A DNA stretch of 64,000 bases from Octopus sinensis (taxonomy: Eukaryota), in NCBI RefSeq assembly GCF_006345805.1, contig NW_021825710.1, positions 276,474-340,473 of the forward strand, written 5' to 3'. Position 1 is the first letter of the stretch, and each line of letters starts with the position of its first letter. This document shows positions 1 through 14,500 of the stretch, piece after piece. The position numbers and the translations under genes were made by a program. A model generated the notes under the pieces. It was not told the DNA's origin. It was given only the letters and a program-made list of their open reading frames with translations, and searched no databases.

Positions 1-2935
1 GAACTTGGGTTCTCATTCCTAAGGTATTTTCGATGTTGTTATTATTATTATTATTCAGGTCATTGCCTCGAATTGAACTCGAAATCTTGTGGTTAGTAGC
101 CTGCACTCTTAACCACTACACCATATACCTGTGGGCAATTATGGAGTGGATTTTAGGGCTTATACATCTAATATTTTCCTATCCTTCCTTAATACTGGTT
201 CCCATATACTACTCATATCTGCACTTGGTCTGCTTAGGAGGGTGTTATGTCCTAGCATATGTGCTGCTTCTTTTAGTTTCCAAAATTTCTAGTGGTGTTC
301 TCTGTCTATTATTTTAACTTCATCCTACTGAGAAGGCGACATGTTTTGCTTTTGTATAACCTACCACAGCTGCATGGGATGGAGTGCTTGCAGTCTTTGG
401 TTATATTCTCTTCTATTGGTGGTTTTACTCACAGGAGATATTTACAAAGTGTTGTATTACTCTTGAATATTGTCCTGATGTCATATGGGCTGCATATCTT
501 TTCAGAGAAGCCTTTCACATAGAGTAGACAGATTGTGGTCAGTTTATGGGTTTCATCTCCTTTTCTTCATAACTGGAGTGGATAGTATGGTTTTGGGGTA
601 GTTGTTGCTTAATAGAGTGTTACTTAGCTTGATCAATTCTTCATGCTGTGTATCAGGATCACTACTTATATTCTTTGCTTGATGTTTTAAGTACTGAGCA
701 ATCCCTCTCTTTACACTGTATGGATGGTGGGAATTGAAGTTGAGGTATCATCCAGTGACGCTTGGCTTGTGGTGTATGGATGTCCTGGATCCATACTTGG
801 TGCATGTTATTAATACAGCCAGGAATGCTAGCTGATTGTCATTTTCCTTTTCCATTGTGAACTGTATGGATGGCTTTAATGAGTTCACATGATCTAACAG
901 TACTTGGACATCTTCCTGGTGGGGCCAGAGTATAAAGGTGTCATCAACATATCACAGCCATAGGGTTGGTTTTAGTGATGTTGATCCTAAAGCCAAATTC
1001 TCAAAGTAATCCATATATATATTGGCTATTATCGGTGATAATGGTGAACACATAGCTAAACCCTCTTTCTATTGATATATATCAGTGTCCAATCTGAAGT
1101 AGGTAGTTTCTACACAGAAACATTTCCATTAAGTTTCCTATTGGCATACTACTTCTTTTAGAAGAGTGTTTGTCACTAGTATTTTTCTTGAATCACCAAG
1201 AGTGCTTCATCAGTTGGGAGTTTGTTGAACAAACTTATCATATCAAGACTCACCATCTGGTTGGATCCAATGGGGATCAATTCTGTGAAGTGGATGAAAT
1301 TCTTCACGTACGATGTTGACTTTCCTGCTAATGAACTGATTATATCCACTAGGAAGCAGCTCAGTGGATGACATGCTCACTATAGGTCTTTATGGAATGC
1401 CATCCTTGTGAATCTTAAGGAGACTGTACATGTATGGTAGTTTACTATAGTGTTGAGCCAGTTGTCTGTACTTCATTGGTATAAAGGGATCCTTGTTCTT
1501 GATCAAGATCTGTGACACTTCCTCTTTATTTTCAGAGTTGGGTCTTTCTTTACTTTGCTGTAGCTACCATCACTTATGAGACTTGCCAATTTTTCAAAGT
1601 AGTCAGACTTGTTCATCACCACTGTAGCATTTCCCTTGTCCGCTGGAAATATTATGATGGAAATGTCACTCTGTAGTCTTTCGATAGCGAACTTTTCTTC
1701 CTTAGTGATGCTTGGTTTGGAAAGTTTCACTTTTTCTAGTACCTGTCACATTTTCCACCTAAGTTCATCTCCCTGAGCTTTTGATATCTTTATGGCTATC
1801 TCTTCAATAGGGGCTGTTATGTCCAAGTATAGAATGCACTTGGTGGTTGTCACAAAAGTTGAGACATTTGTTTAGTACTGCTCCTTCAGAGCTTTCTAAA
1901 TGTCAGCTATTTACATTAATTACTGTTTTCACAGGTGGGTGACAGACTTCAGTCTTCATTCTCTGACCTTTGAGATTCATAAACTTCTTAATCTGGCGTG
2001 TCTTCACCTTTTCAAATTTTTTCTTGTGTAGATTCTCTTTCTATCATCATCTCTGGTTATTTTCCTAAGTAATGAATATAACCTCTCTCTGATTTTGTTA
2101 TTTAGTTGATGTTTTTTCCAATGGTTATAATGGATCCTCTCATGGATGAAGGCATGTCCTGCCCTTTCCGCTAATCTTCGAGCTTTATATGAATCCACTG
2201 GTGTCATTACATTCAAGCCAGGTGGTATTAGCTTTGAGTCTCTACGTCTATACAGGAAAGTTGGATGGTTTGAAAGTCAAGCTAGTTTTTGATAGAGTTT
2301 CTCTGTATGTCTCCACTGAAGTCTAATGTCAGCTCCGTACCAATTAGATAATGCAGTTCTATATGAGGAATTATGTACATTATTTACATTTGACGGATAT
2401 TTTGTTTGTTGTCCTCATTTTGTTTGTTGTTAACAACATTTCGGCTGATATACTCTCCAGCCTTCATCAGGTGTCTTGGGGAAATTTTGAACCAGGGTTC
2501 TCATTCCTAAGGTATTTTCGATGTTGTTGTTGTTATTATTATTATTATTATTAGTATTCTGGCCATTGCCTGGAATCAAACTTGGAATCTTGTGGTTCCT
2601 GCGCTCTTAACCACTATGCCATATGCCCATGGGCAATTATGGAGTTAATTTTAGGGCTTATAAATCTAATATTTTTCTATCCTTCCTTAATACTGGTTCC
2701 CATATGCTACTCATATCTGTACTAGGTCTGCTTAGGAGGTTATTATGTTCTAGCATATGTACTGCCTCTTTTAGTTTTCATATTTTCTAGCGGTGTTCTC
2801 ATTCTATTATTTTAACTTCATCCCACAGGGGGAGGTGGTGTCCGTTTTTCCATACATGATCAGCTATACCCGATTTACCAATATCTCCTCGTGTCACAGC
2901 TTTGAGATGTTCCTCTATCCTTATTTTGATATAGT
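1..2935 (-). mobile_element. Penelope-like retroelement (RT + GIY-YIG), decayed, with upstream partial tandem copy (pseudo-LTR)
   Basis: Minus-strand remnants include the PLE N-terminus (LSNHPTFL...LIPPGL, ORF 2004-2216), the RT-proximal motif IFPADKGNATVVMNKSDY...KKDPT (ORF 1503-1730) and the GIY-YIG region (IPCSCGRLYKSKT; RIEEH...SGIADHVW...WDEVKII). Bases 1-327 are repeated directly at about 2489-2825. Many stops and frameshifts. Confidence 0.85.
2433..2474 (-). ncRNA. Degenerate minimal hammerhead ribozyme motif in PLE pseudo-LTR
   Basis: Minus strand reads acac-CTGATGA-a-ggctg-gagagtatat-cagcc-GAAA-tgttg. The core boxes and a 5-bp stem II are present, but stem III and stem I are damaged. 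Confidence 0.6.
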
Positions 2936-3829
2936 GAAATTATTTCCACCTTGAGAGAAGGTAAACAAACACCTGTGGGAACCACAAACAACTCCAAATA
3001 ACATAATCTCAAGAATCAACAATTCTCTGGAATTGATTTATTGAAGTAATGGCATTATTTCAATAAATCAAGAAATTATCATGTGTGTGTGTGTGTGTAT
3101 ACATACATGAGTGCGTGTGTGTGAGTGCGCACGAGTATACACTCCCTCTAGTTCGGTAGTGGAGATGTTTATTTATGTTCTGCAGAAATATGTAATGTAG
3201 CTCAGTGATTCAGCACACAAAAACCACAAAGAAGTACCTTGCTTGAAAATATATAATGAGCTGCTATCAAGAAGGGTATCCATGAGTAGAATACTACCAC
3301 AAATATATTTATCTAACCCATGTAATTTGAAAAAAAAAAAAAAAATACTGATGATATTCAGAGCTAACAAAGAAGCCCTATGAAGCCATTCAACACACTA
3401 TAACTACACCTTCCTAAAATCCAGCTCCAATACCTTAAAAAAAGGGAAGCACACAAAAATTAATGTAGTGCCACATTCCCTTATTTCAAATATAAGTGGA
3501 TGTTCATGAATGGAATACTTATCATAATCAGTCTGCTCAAAATAAAATAAAATTGGTGTAAGACAAATACCATAACACACACACACACAACAAATGACCA
3601 AGTTATATGTTGCCTGCTGTATTCCATGTTATTTACTAGTTGACTGGAAATCTTTGTAACTGTTGTTTAGCTGGAGTTCAGCCCTTATGGAGCAGAACTA
3701 TGAAGAAATCCAGTCAGTCACATCTACTTTTTTTTAGTACATCATTATTATTACTCTCTTATCAAAGTTTTATGCAGACATTGTGGATCTAAGATTATAT
3801 TGGCTAATGTATCCTTCCTTAGATGATAT

Positions 3830-4054
3830 GAGCTGGCAGAAACGTTAGCGCGCCGGGCGAAATGCTTAGCGGTATTTCGTCTGCCGTTAAGTTCTGAGTT
3901 CAAATTCCGCCGAGGTCGACTTTGCCTTTCATCCTTTCGGGGTCGATTAAATAAGTACCAGTCAAGCACTGGGGTCGATATGATCGACTTAATCCGTTTG
4001 TCTGTCCTTGTTCGTTCTCTCTGTGTTTGGCCCCTTGTGGGTAGTAAAGAAATA
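3830..4054 (+). mobile_element. tRNA-derived SINE (octopus-type), CpG-rich young copy
   Basis: Contains a gagctggcagaaacgttagc A-box-like head and a gagttcaaattcc B box. The same family occurs many times in this window on the minus strand. Confidence 0.8.
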
Positions 4055-5285
4055 AAATGATATAGAGAGGGTATGGCTTCAAAGAAAGATGGTTGAGTAA
4101 CCATGCAGAGCTTACCACTTTAGTTCATGTGTTTGTGTATTTGTGTCAAGACATACATAAACACAAGCAGTGGGAAGATACTAAACATATCACATTGCAT
4201 GTCACATCTCTCTCAAATTACACCTTACATCATAAGAAATGGTAAGACACAGTTCTAGATACCCACTACCTAAAAATGGGATGGTCTTGGTGAGAATGTC
4301 TTTAATCATAGGTCTGCTTAATTAAAGTTGACCTAGTGGTCACATAAAAGAAAGAGAGAGAGAGAAAAGTAAATATTTAACTAAGTAATTAGACTGTAGC
4401 CTTAGGTGGAGTAAATTGTCAATATCTGTTTAGGTTGATTAAATTCTAAAAATTGGCAAATGTAGTTAAACTATTAGTCATGATACAGGACAATTCTTAT
4501 AACTTACATTGATATAAATATCAAACCAAAAAAGTATCAGAAATATTATATCAATTAAACAGGAATAAAGAAAAGTGTCTATTAAACATTGGTTTCTTTG
4601 TGCATTAAGATATTATCCAAGGCAGAACATCTGCTACCATGTAAGAAAAATGTTGAGAAAGACATTGAATTTGAAGATGACAAAAGAAGACAAAAAGAAA
4701 TGACTAAGTGGAGAGTCAGAGAAAAAAGTGAATGACACTACATTGTATATCCTTACCTACCACTATATTGTATTTTCTTTTCTTACAGCTGTTGTTTAAA
4801 TGAATTTCCTTAGTACATTATTCATCTTGTTCAGTTCAACATAAACTCTTAACAAATCACTGTCTTCTATGAAGACATTATATATTGTTCTTGTATGGCT
4901 TTACATAACTTGTAAATATCATTTTCTATCTATTATTAGTGTAACAAACAACTGTTAAAATTTAGGACAAAATGACAATGATGATAATGCCACTATGACC
5001 ATCACTACCACAAATACAATTTAAAAAAAAATTCAACTCTGCAAACTAGCATGATAGCTTTTACTTGCTTTCAAGTAAGCTGCTTTATTCCACATTTCAG
5101 CATAGACTGCCAAGTTGCTGAATTTTTGTTTATGTGTGACATAAACATCACCACTGCTGCTGGTATTAATGTGTAGACACATGGAGACAGGCATATATGT
5201 ACACATACAGTAGGTTTCTGTACAATTTCAGTTTTTCCAAACTTCACTCAGAAAGCACTGATTAATCTGAGGAGTTAGTTAGTTA

Positions 5286-6433
5286 TCAGGTCATCCCATA
5301 AGTTCTGTCTGAATTTTGAATAAAGAAAGCAAGTGAACAAATGTGATATTTAATTGAAATTTAATCATCAATGCACTTTCCTTGATTATCTATAACTTGC
5401 TTCCATCTATTTACAAGCTTTTTAATCCCATCAATGTAAAACTCTTTTGGTTTCAAAGTGAACAGCTCTGAAATGTCAAGCCTCCTGGCTGGTGAAAGTT
5501 ATGTTCTCCAAAAGATTCTTACACTACGAAACAAATGGTAGGTTGAAGGAGCAAGGTCAGGAGAATAAGGTGGATGAAGAATTTTTTCCCAGCCAAGCTC
5601 TTCGATCTTCTGTGATGTGAACATTGCAGTATGGAGTCACACATTGTCCTGATGAAACATCACTCCTTTTTGATTCATTAAAGCGGATCTTTTTCTCTTC
5701 AAAGCTTGATTCAAGCGCTCTAATTGCTAACAGCAGACTTGAGCATTGATTGTTGCATTAGGTGGTAACAATTCAAAGTGAATTACTCCTTTGCAATTCC
5801 ACCAGATAGAAAGAAGAATCTTTTTCCCATGAAGTTCCCTTCTCAGTTGTGGGTGAGCCACTGTTTACAACGTTTAACATTTCGATAGAAGATCCATTTT
5901 TCTTCACGAGAATGGAGAGAAGAGCAGACGTCAACTCGGCATTTGCGGTGGCTTTCGGACAATTCATGAGGCACCTATTTTCCAAGTTTAGGAACTTTTC
6001 CGAGTTGTTGAAGATGACGATGAACAGTTGTATGGTTTGAAATAAGCTTTATTGTCAATTCTTCAACTGACAATGCAGGATTTTCTTCAAGTAATGTCCC
6101 AAGGAGTTTATCATCAAATTCAACTGGATGTTCTGTTCGAATCTCCACTGCTGAATTATGCAAACCATCTTCTGCAAGTTTTTTCATTCAAGCATTCTTT
6201 CTCATAAACTGAGTGTATGTTTCGAGTTGCTTCGGCTGTAGAGTTTCCATGTTAGAAATGGTTTTAATCAAAGAAATTTTAATTCTATTATTTTGTAAAA
6301 TAATATTTAATTAGTTTAAATGTATACAAATACATAAAAATAATTTTTAATTCCATTAGACATTCCAAAATACTTTAAATTTCACTCAATTTTAAAAAAG
6401 GTAAAATCGGACAGAACTTATGGGATGACCTGA
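5286..6433 (-). mobile_element. mariner DNA transposon, both TIRs present, transposase decayed
   Basis: TIRs tcaggtcatcccataagttctgtc / gacagaacttatgggatgacctga, flanked by TA on both sides. Minus-strand transposase remnants: HPVEFDDKLL..LLEENP, LGKVPKLGK*VPH, FHQDN, HPPYSPDLAPSTYHLF. Confidence 0.92.
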
Positions 6434-6554
6434 TATATTTATTGTATAAGACACTTGCCAAAGTACCATGTAAGACTGAATCAAAAAGCACATGGTTGTG
6501 AAACAAGACAGCCATACCTGCTCCTAATAATAATAATAATAATAATAATATATT

Positions 6555-7965
6555 ATATCAGCCACAAATTTGTTTGAGAGAGGCATAGTTGAATTTAGAA
6601 CTGGCACTTAATTTACTGGCCATAGAAATGCAGAAAGTAAAGTTAATTTTGACATGATTCAAATTTGGAATGTAAAAGGCTGAAACAAAATATCATAACA
6701 CATTTACTATGAAACTCACTAATAATAGTAATGATAAAGGTTTCTGATTTTAAGCACAATTTTGAGAGGAAGGTGTTAGTCCATACCATTGATCCCAAAA
6801 TTAGATTCATGCTTTCTTTTCTGGAGGGATGAAAGGCAAAGTTGGCGTCACCTCCTTTCTGTGCCTTTGCTAAGTTAACTTAGCAAAGACCAAGGTCCTA
6901 GTAAGTAAGAAAACAGGCAGGAAAACAAGTAAATGGCCCTGATCAGTATATAGGAAAGGCACGGGAAGGAATTCCATTTAGTGTACCCAATTATTGTTGG
7001 TTTCTTGGGGACAGCGTCAGAAGGCGCCAAAAGGAATATAGAGGAAATCGGAATAGAGTACTCAGTAAAGCTGTTATAAAAGCTTTATATCTTTGTATTT
7101 GGATATATAATATAATGAAGCAGGGAGTAAAAAAGTATACACACAATACACAAGACTCAGCACTCTATATCAAAGGCTCACAGTGAACAGCTACCAACAT
7201 GAACAGCTGATGTCTCAGTCCACTTTTAGTGACATGGAAGTGGTCAGAATCCTTCCACAACAAAAAAAGTTTGCCTCCTTGGCATGACCAGAACCATCAA
7301 GAAAGTTGAAAAGAAGAGATAGCATGGTACCATAGGCAGCACGTAGCAAGCCTGCTACACATGCAAGAACCCAGGAGTTCCAACAAAATTTGAGTTAAGA
7401 AAAAGAACAACAACAACAATTTTGAGAAAGGGGGCAAGTCAATTACATTGACATCAGTGCTCAACTGGTACTTTATTTTATGGATACCACAAGGATGAAA
7501 AGTAACATAGACCTTGGTGGGATTAAAATTCAGAATATAAAGATCCAGAGGAATTGCTACCAAGCATTTTGTCCAACATAATGATTCTGCCAGCTCACCA
7601 CCAAATAAAAACAGCAATAATAATAATTCTTTCTACTATAGGCACAAGGTCTGATATTTTGGGGGAGGGGGCCAGTTAATTACATCATCTCCGGTACTTG
7701 GCTGGTACTTATTTTATTGACCCCCAAAAGAATGAATGACAAGGTCAATCTCAGCAGAATTTGAACTCAGAACAAAGCTGAAAAAATGCACGAAGCATTT
7801 TGTCTGGTATGCTAACAATTCTTCCAGCTTGTTGCCTTAATATTTTCCGATTTTAGTACAAGGCCAGCAATTTTAGGGGAGGGGTAAATCAATTATACTG
7901 ACCCCAGTGCTCAACTTATATTACTAACAACCCAGAAGAGAGGCAAAATTGAGTTTGGTAGAGTA
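6555..7965 (-). mobile_element. Cluster of degenerate SINE copies interleaved with short RTE (about 6870-6990) and R4-like (about 6990-7250) LINE scraps
   Basis: Repeated reverse-complement SINE units (tttctactataggcacaagg...gaatttgaactcagaa...ctgccagctc) separated by (TAA)n or (CAA)n. Confidence 0.65.
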
Positions 7966-8010
7966 CAACAACAACAACAGCAGCAGCAGCAGCAGCAGCA
8001 AAAAAAAAAA

Positions 8011-8890
8011 AAGACCTGCAGAAGAATTTACCAAAAATGGACTTGAGAGTGCTAATCAACTCTGATCTTGAATAGCCAATGAGAAAACTTCCTCCGCATG
8101 AAATTAAACGGTCAGTTCTACCATGAAATTAACAACTTAAAACATCATGAAGCATCATGATAACCTAATTATCACTGTCCAGGATCAGGCACTGAATACC
8201 AACTCCGTGAAAAGAGATATATACCACATAAGTGTAATGAACCACTGCAGAATGTGTGAGAAGAGGGTTGAAGGCGTGACTCACATTGTTAGTACTTGTG
8301 AAAGTCTTACACAGAAAGAGTACAAGTGCAGACATGACAAGGTGTCCCCAAACCTTCACTGGTTACTATGCCAGAAGTATGGATATGAGGTATTGGGTGC
8401 TTGGTACCAACATATGCCAGAAAAGGTAATGGATGAAAATGGAGAGGCAAAAATCCTCTGGGACTTTGACAGACAAGATATTAGAGCACCAAATCCTTTA
8501 GGAGGCACAAACAAGAGTGCCTAATAATCAACGTGGCAGTGCCAGGAGATCAACATATCATGAAAGAAAGAGAAAAGATTGATAAATATGGAGACCTGAT
8601 AATTGAGATTGTCAAGATGTGGCAGCTACAAGAGTCAAATATAATGGTTGTCCCTACTGTCATCGAAGCATTGGGTTCAATACCACCCAACCTGAAGAAA
8701 CATCTGGAAACTTTAGAAATACCCTACAATCTAGGTGTATTGCATAAATCGGCATTACTTGGAACTTCACACATATTGCGTAAAGTACTGTCAGTCTGAG
8801 GACTTGACAGACAGTAAAAAACCCCAGTAGACACAGTACCTTCAATTAACATCACGATATTGAATACTGTGTGACATCTTAAATAATAAT
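8011..8890 (+). mobile_element. 3' part of R4/Dong-clade non-LTR retrotransposon (CCHC knuckle + restriction-like endonuclease), copy 1
   Basis: ORFs 8147-8524 and 8533-8799 give QDQALNTN...CRMC....E.VTHIVSTC..L..KEYKCRHDKV..LHW, KILWDF, AVP...KEREKIDKY and KSALLGTSHILRKVL. The element ends in taaataataat. Confidence 0.85.
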
Positions 8891-8892
8891 CA

Positions 8893-9225
8893 TCGAATTG
8901 AAAGAGTACTGGAGCTAGAGAAATGTAAGATTTTGTGGGACTTTCCTATCCAAACAGACAAGAAGTTAGAAAATAATAGACCAGACACAAGAATTATAGA
9001 TGTGGAAAAGCAAAGTTCGTTACTTATCGACCCATCATGCACATTTGATTCCAGGGGCATAAAGAAAGAGAAAGAAAAACTTGAAATTTGGAGCATGTGA
9101 AGAGTAAAGGTTGTGCCTATAATAGTTGGCAAGTTGGGAACAGTAAGCAAAGATATAGACAAATGGCTGAAGGAGATTGAAATAGAATGCTTGGTAGAGC
9201 TGTGAAAAAACCTGAGCCAAACCAA
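8893..9225 (+). mobile_element. Second R4/Dong-like subfamily, REL-endonuclease fragment
   Basis: Plus-strand translation gives KCKILWDFPIQTDKKLENNRPD...LLIDPSC...KEKEK...VKVVPIIVGKLGTV. Confidence 0.75.
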
Positions 9226-9249
9226 AATAAATTATAACAATAATAGTAA

Positions 9250-9780
9250 CTCTTTCTACTATAGGCACAAGGCCTGAAATTTTGGGGGAGGGGCAAGTTG
9301 ACTGCATCAATACCAGTACTTAGATGGTACTTATTTCATTGACTCATAAGGATTTCATTGACCCTGTAAGGCAAAGTCAACCGCAGTGGAATTTGAACTC
9401 AGAATGTAGAGATGGATGAAATACCACTAAGCATTTTGTCCAGCATGCTAATGATTTTGCCAGCTCTCCTTTAACTATGACAAGAACAACAAACTGTTTC
9501 TAATATAAGCTTATAACCTGAAAATTTGATAAGGGAATTTGTCGGATAAAGAAAGTTGGAGCAAATGCTTTAACATTTCTGCCAATGAACTGCCTTAATA
9601 ATTAATTTTAATATAAGCCCTGGTTGGAAATGAGATTAAATTGGCCCTAGCACTTGACTGGTGCTTCATTTTATCAACCATGAAGAAATGATAAGCAAAG
9701 TTGTTCTTGGATTTAAACTCAGAAGATAAAGCTGGAAGAAATATCACAAAGCATTTGCAATTTTGCCAAGCCACTATCCT
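9250..9780 (-). mobile_element. Head-to-tail SINE copies (2-3)
   Basis: Same SINE family as 3830-4054 in reverse orientation, separated by short A/T-rich tails. Confidence 0.7.
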
Positions 9781-10783
9781 AAATAACAACAACTTCTGAA
9801 ATTATTGGTGATAAAAGGTAGAAAAGTGTCTGGTATGTCATTAATGGATAACGCTCAACAGAAAAACTTTAGCAACATCAAGAATGCTTGTTTTTAATAT
9901 TTTATTTAGCAATTTAACATCATGTGACCTGAGAAAAATGCTACACACCCATCAGCTTTCAATTCTTGAAATCAATCACTCTGTGGTAACTAGTATATGA
10001 ATTTAGTACTGTACTAATTATTACCAACATAACAACAAGTAATAATTTGTGCAGAATATGTATATTTATAGGCAATTCTGTGTGAAGAACGAATAGGTCT
10101 GAAAGCAATACTGTACCAAGATTGTGTTGGTATGTTAGATAAGTAATAGAGAAAAGAGAAATCAAGAAGCAATTATAAAATAACATTAATAGAAAACTTC
10201 TTAATAATTGCAGCAGATTTATGATACAATGTCATTGACCACTGCCTGGCTATTCTGCAGATTAAGAGCCAGAGATGTTAAAGATGAAACAGAGTGTCAT
10301 CGTTTGTGTGGAAGGTTTATTGAAAATGTGACAACAGACTGTGAAAGAAAATAATGGAATATAACAGAAACTTTTGTTTATAACTGATCAACTGCCAAGA
10401 AATTAAGTTCATTTTCTGATGCTGTGTTGATGGGAAAAATAATATTCAGTAACTTACAAATTATGATAATACAGATTGAATAAAGTAACTTACAAATTGA
10501 GTAAAGATTTGTAGCAATAATTAACAATTTGGTTGACTTAACATAATAAAGGCTATGAAAAGAATTCCCGTCTTTATTTCATATGAGAACTTAAGTAAAA
10601 AAAAATATTTTGTAAGGTTATTTAGTTTTTCAAAACTGAGTGAAAATCTATTTTGAAACAGGAAAATTCTGAAAGACAGAAAAATGATAAAAGTAAAATA
10701 GAGTTGTAAAAGACTCTTGTTGAAAAGAAGTTGAACTAGTTTCTCATCTTTATGCATTTAGAAGGCAATAAATATAGCTAATA

Positions 10784-10965
10784 CAAGGGTCAGCTAAAAC
10801 GTTCATAGGCTAACCAAAATACTCTCCTGGAATGTGACCAAATGAGGCTTATTTTCAACATAATCCCTCCAGTCAGTGTTGTAGTGCTTTCATCCAGTTG
10901 ATCAAAAAAGTCATCAACAGCAGTTATAGCGTCATCATCACTGCAATACTGGTTCTAAGCCAAGT
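10784..10965 (-). mobile_element. mariner 3' end fragment (same family as 52165-53248)
   Basis: TA-caagggtcagctaaaacgttcataggct TIR and a gtcatcatcactgcaatactgg match to the 52165 element. Confidence 0.75.
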
Positions 10966-11109
10966 TTATGTGTGTGTGCATATGTATGCTTGTGCATGCA
11001 TGTGATCAATGATATAAGTGGTAATAAATTTTAATTATTGACTATTGAATTTTGTGTAATGAAGTATCTGAAATATCAATAATTTGTTATATATATATAT
11101 AGATATAAA

Positions 11110-11525
11110 TTATCATTCTTTTAAAGTCACTTTTCCATGCTAGCCAGGGTTAGATAGAATTCTTGGGGTAGATTTTCTACACCTGGATGCCCTTCTTGTC
11201 ACAAACCTTCATCTGTTCCCAGGTAAAGTAATATTTCCCCCATGACCACAGAAGATTGGAAACAAATACTCCACTTGCATGACAGTGACACTCATTTACA
11301 ATTATCATGTGAAGTCAAGGCAAGGAGATAGTAACACATACACACATATATACACATATGATGGGTGTCTTTCAGTTTCCATCTATGAAATCTACTTACA
11401 AGTCTTTATTGAGCTCGAAGCTATAGTAGAAGACATTTGCCCAAAGTACCATGCACCAAGACTGAAACCAAAATTATGTGATTGAGAAGCAAACTTCTAA
11501 CCACATAGCTATGGTTGCACCTATA
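11110..11525 (-). mobile_element. Degenerate SINE / LINE-tail repeat
   Basis: Matches the reverse complement of the 45627 SINE head and of the 48780-49070 ggaagggcatccag repeat. Confidence 0.6.
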
Positions 11526-14500
11526 TGTGTGTGTATAAGGACTGGCATAATAAAGACTAAATTAACAGTAAATTATATAGAACATTAATTATATGACATG
11601 CAGGGAGCCTGATTTCTTCAGTATGTTTCCTAATGCCTTCAACAATTAGAATCTACACAAATTTATAATAATAGATATATTGCAAATGTGTAAAATAACA
11701 ACAATAAAGTATATGCTTAATATGTTTATATGCATGTGTAAACACACATACACACAACATAATAAGGTACAGTTATTAATTTAAAGTTGCATCTCAAGTG
11801 AATTTCTGTGTTTTGATATGAACACTCTTCTAAAATATAGTTTGTGAAGAAAAAATGTAGATAAAGAATAAACTATAAGTTTTTAATGGCAAATATGGGG
11901 CAACATGGTATGTAATTTCTATGTGAGGCAAGTTTCTTGAAGTACCTTGAGGAGCTTATGAGTGAACATACATTTTGATAGATCTGTATTTATGTCAACA
12001 ACTCCTTTCTACACTTACAGCATTTATTCATGTATAATATACATTTGTATATAATGCATACTACTAATTTAGGGCTATGAAATTTGGAAAGAAATATCTT
12101 CCGCACAATACACACTGATTTTCTTTAGTATTTTAATGTATAGAAAAGGAAGTGCTTTGTCAGATTTATTAGAAATGAAAACATTCATGCATTTTAAATG
12201 AAATAAAAAGCAAATTCAAAAGTGATCTCTAAACATTAGTGATTAAAATTGACATTGTAACTTTGCTGACAAACACACAGAATTAGGAGTTACTGCTGCC
12301 AACCTTCAATATGGAAGAATGTAAAAAAAAACAAAAAACCTAAAACAAAATGTAAGCACATTCATTCTCAAATGCTTATTTTTAAACCACTTTTATTATG
12401 AAATACTTTCTTTCTTACATTATTTATGCAAATAGTTACAATTCATTGTAAAAATTACAGTACTTCAGGAACAGAAGTATTTATTTCCTTCAGTTGTTGT
12501 TCATATTTTGATCATAATGGTATTTATTATCCTTATTGATTATTTATTAAATTTAATCTTCTACATTAAGTAAAGTGAAAAGTATTTACATTCTAATAAA
12601 ATGTACTTGCAAAACAGAAGCATTTCATTCTCTGTTCACATTCAAATAATCAGATAAGAAAAGTATTTATATTTTTGATAATGAAAGCATTACATTTTGG
12701 TCTTCTATACAACACATTGATGATAGTAGTTTCATGGAACTCATGAGTGAGTTGTGCATCATTATTTTAACTCTTCATTATATATAAGTTAAGTTGTTCT
12801 TGATCATGCCAGCCCACTTAACAGGGAAACAATGATGGAAAACTGCACACTCCCAATAATGAAACTTAAAGATCAGGTAAAAAATACATATACCCAATTA
12901 TCTACAATAATTAGCACAGGACAATATGTGATCACACATATTTTACAAAGTTCAGGAAACTAGGTTGATGATTTATCACAATAATATTTTTGACAAATTT
13001 TATCGGCTTTAGAAAAACATTAGTGGGTTTTTAATACAGACCTTTGAGATATATATCTAATCTAATCTCAACAGTCTACATTAAACTTATAAATATTTAC
13101 ACACAATGTCTTAAATATTCCTCTAAAATACTGTTCAAAGTGAATTAAAATTTTTGTTGACTAGAACTTCACCTAATGACTTTTTCAACTAGTATCTACT
13201 TATTGCAACAAATTTAGTATCAAACTTCATGGAACAGACATTAAACTGAAAATTTTAAACTAAAGTAACCTTTGTAAATCCATATTTCAATTTTCTTTAT
13301 TGCTTCCACTTTTCTTGAATAAGTTTTATGGCTTGCTCCCAAGAATATATCAGACTTTTCAGATAACAGACTTCAGTGATATCATATGTGAATGACTAAG
13401 AAAGATTAATTAAAACACTTTTGTCTATAGAGATCATCCAAACAGTACTTTTCGTATGTGATATTCTCTGGTCATGTAGCCAATAACATATTTATATTCG
13501 ATTATAGACTTTGATGTTGCCAGTATTTCTTAGAACCAAGCTGTTGCCAATATTAGAAACTAACTTATGACCAAATTTATTTAATCTGCTTCAAACTTGC
13601 TATTTCCATTACTGAAAGTTAAGAAAATAATTGAAAAGGTCCCTCACTACCACCACAAGAAAAAAAAATCACAAAATTCCTAAGCAAGACATAATAAATA
13701 GTTAAGCTGCTTCATGTCATTAGAATTTTAGAATTCTAATCAGAGCATTTTATTATTCTAAAATACTTTAGATAGTATTTTAGAGTAATAAAATATAAAT
13801 TATAATGATGTACCTGAAGAAGGTAATAGAAATGAACAAATGCTCAATGTACCAGCCTAAACTTCAGCAGTCACAGCATCATTCAACAAATATTTCATTG
13901 ACTCTTATGAGTATATTTTCAAGATGAATGTGTTCTTTTAGCTTTATCTTTAGTGGTGCACTTAAATTTCTAAGTTCACCATCACCATACATAGAACACT
14001 AAAGTTTGGATGGCACTCCTTAAAATAACATCCTTGTTAACCACAAAATTAACAATATCAAATTTATCTTCAATCTTGAAAACAAGATATTAAAATCATA
14101 CAATTAGATACTTTCAAAAGAGTTAACAAATTTGTTTTATACATAGCAACCATCCTAATTTTTAGCAAAGACAAAAATTTCAATGTCACTTGAGTGAATT
14201 ACATAAAAGTAACAATGATTAACCAATAACAACATTAAATACCATACATTCTCATTTATAAAAAGCAGAGTAATAGTTTAAGAGCTCAAAACAATAGGAT
14301 ATGATACAGAAATTTTTAATGGTATAAAAACTCTTGATAAAAAAGACTTTAAGATAGCTATTAGCTGACAAATTGTTGAAACCTCAAAAAGGAAATGAAA
14401 GATTAAAATGATGAGGAAGATTGTAAAATGTTCTGTAGTTAACATTTTTTATTAGAGTATATCCTCTTAGATATGATGAAAGTTCTTACTCAATTGAGAG

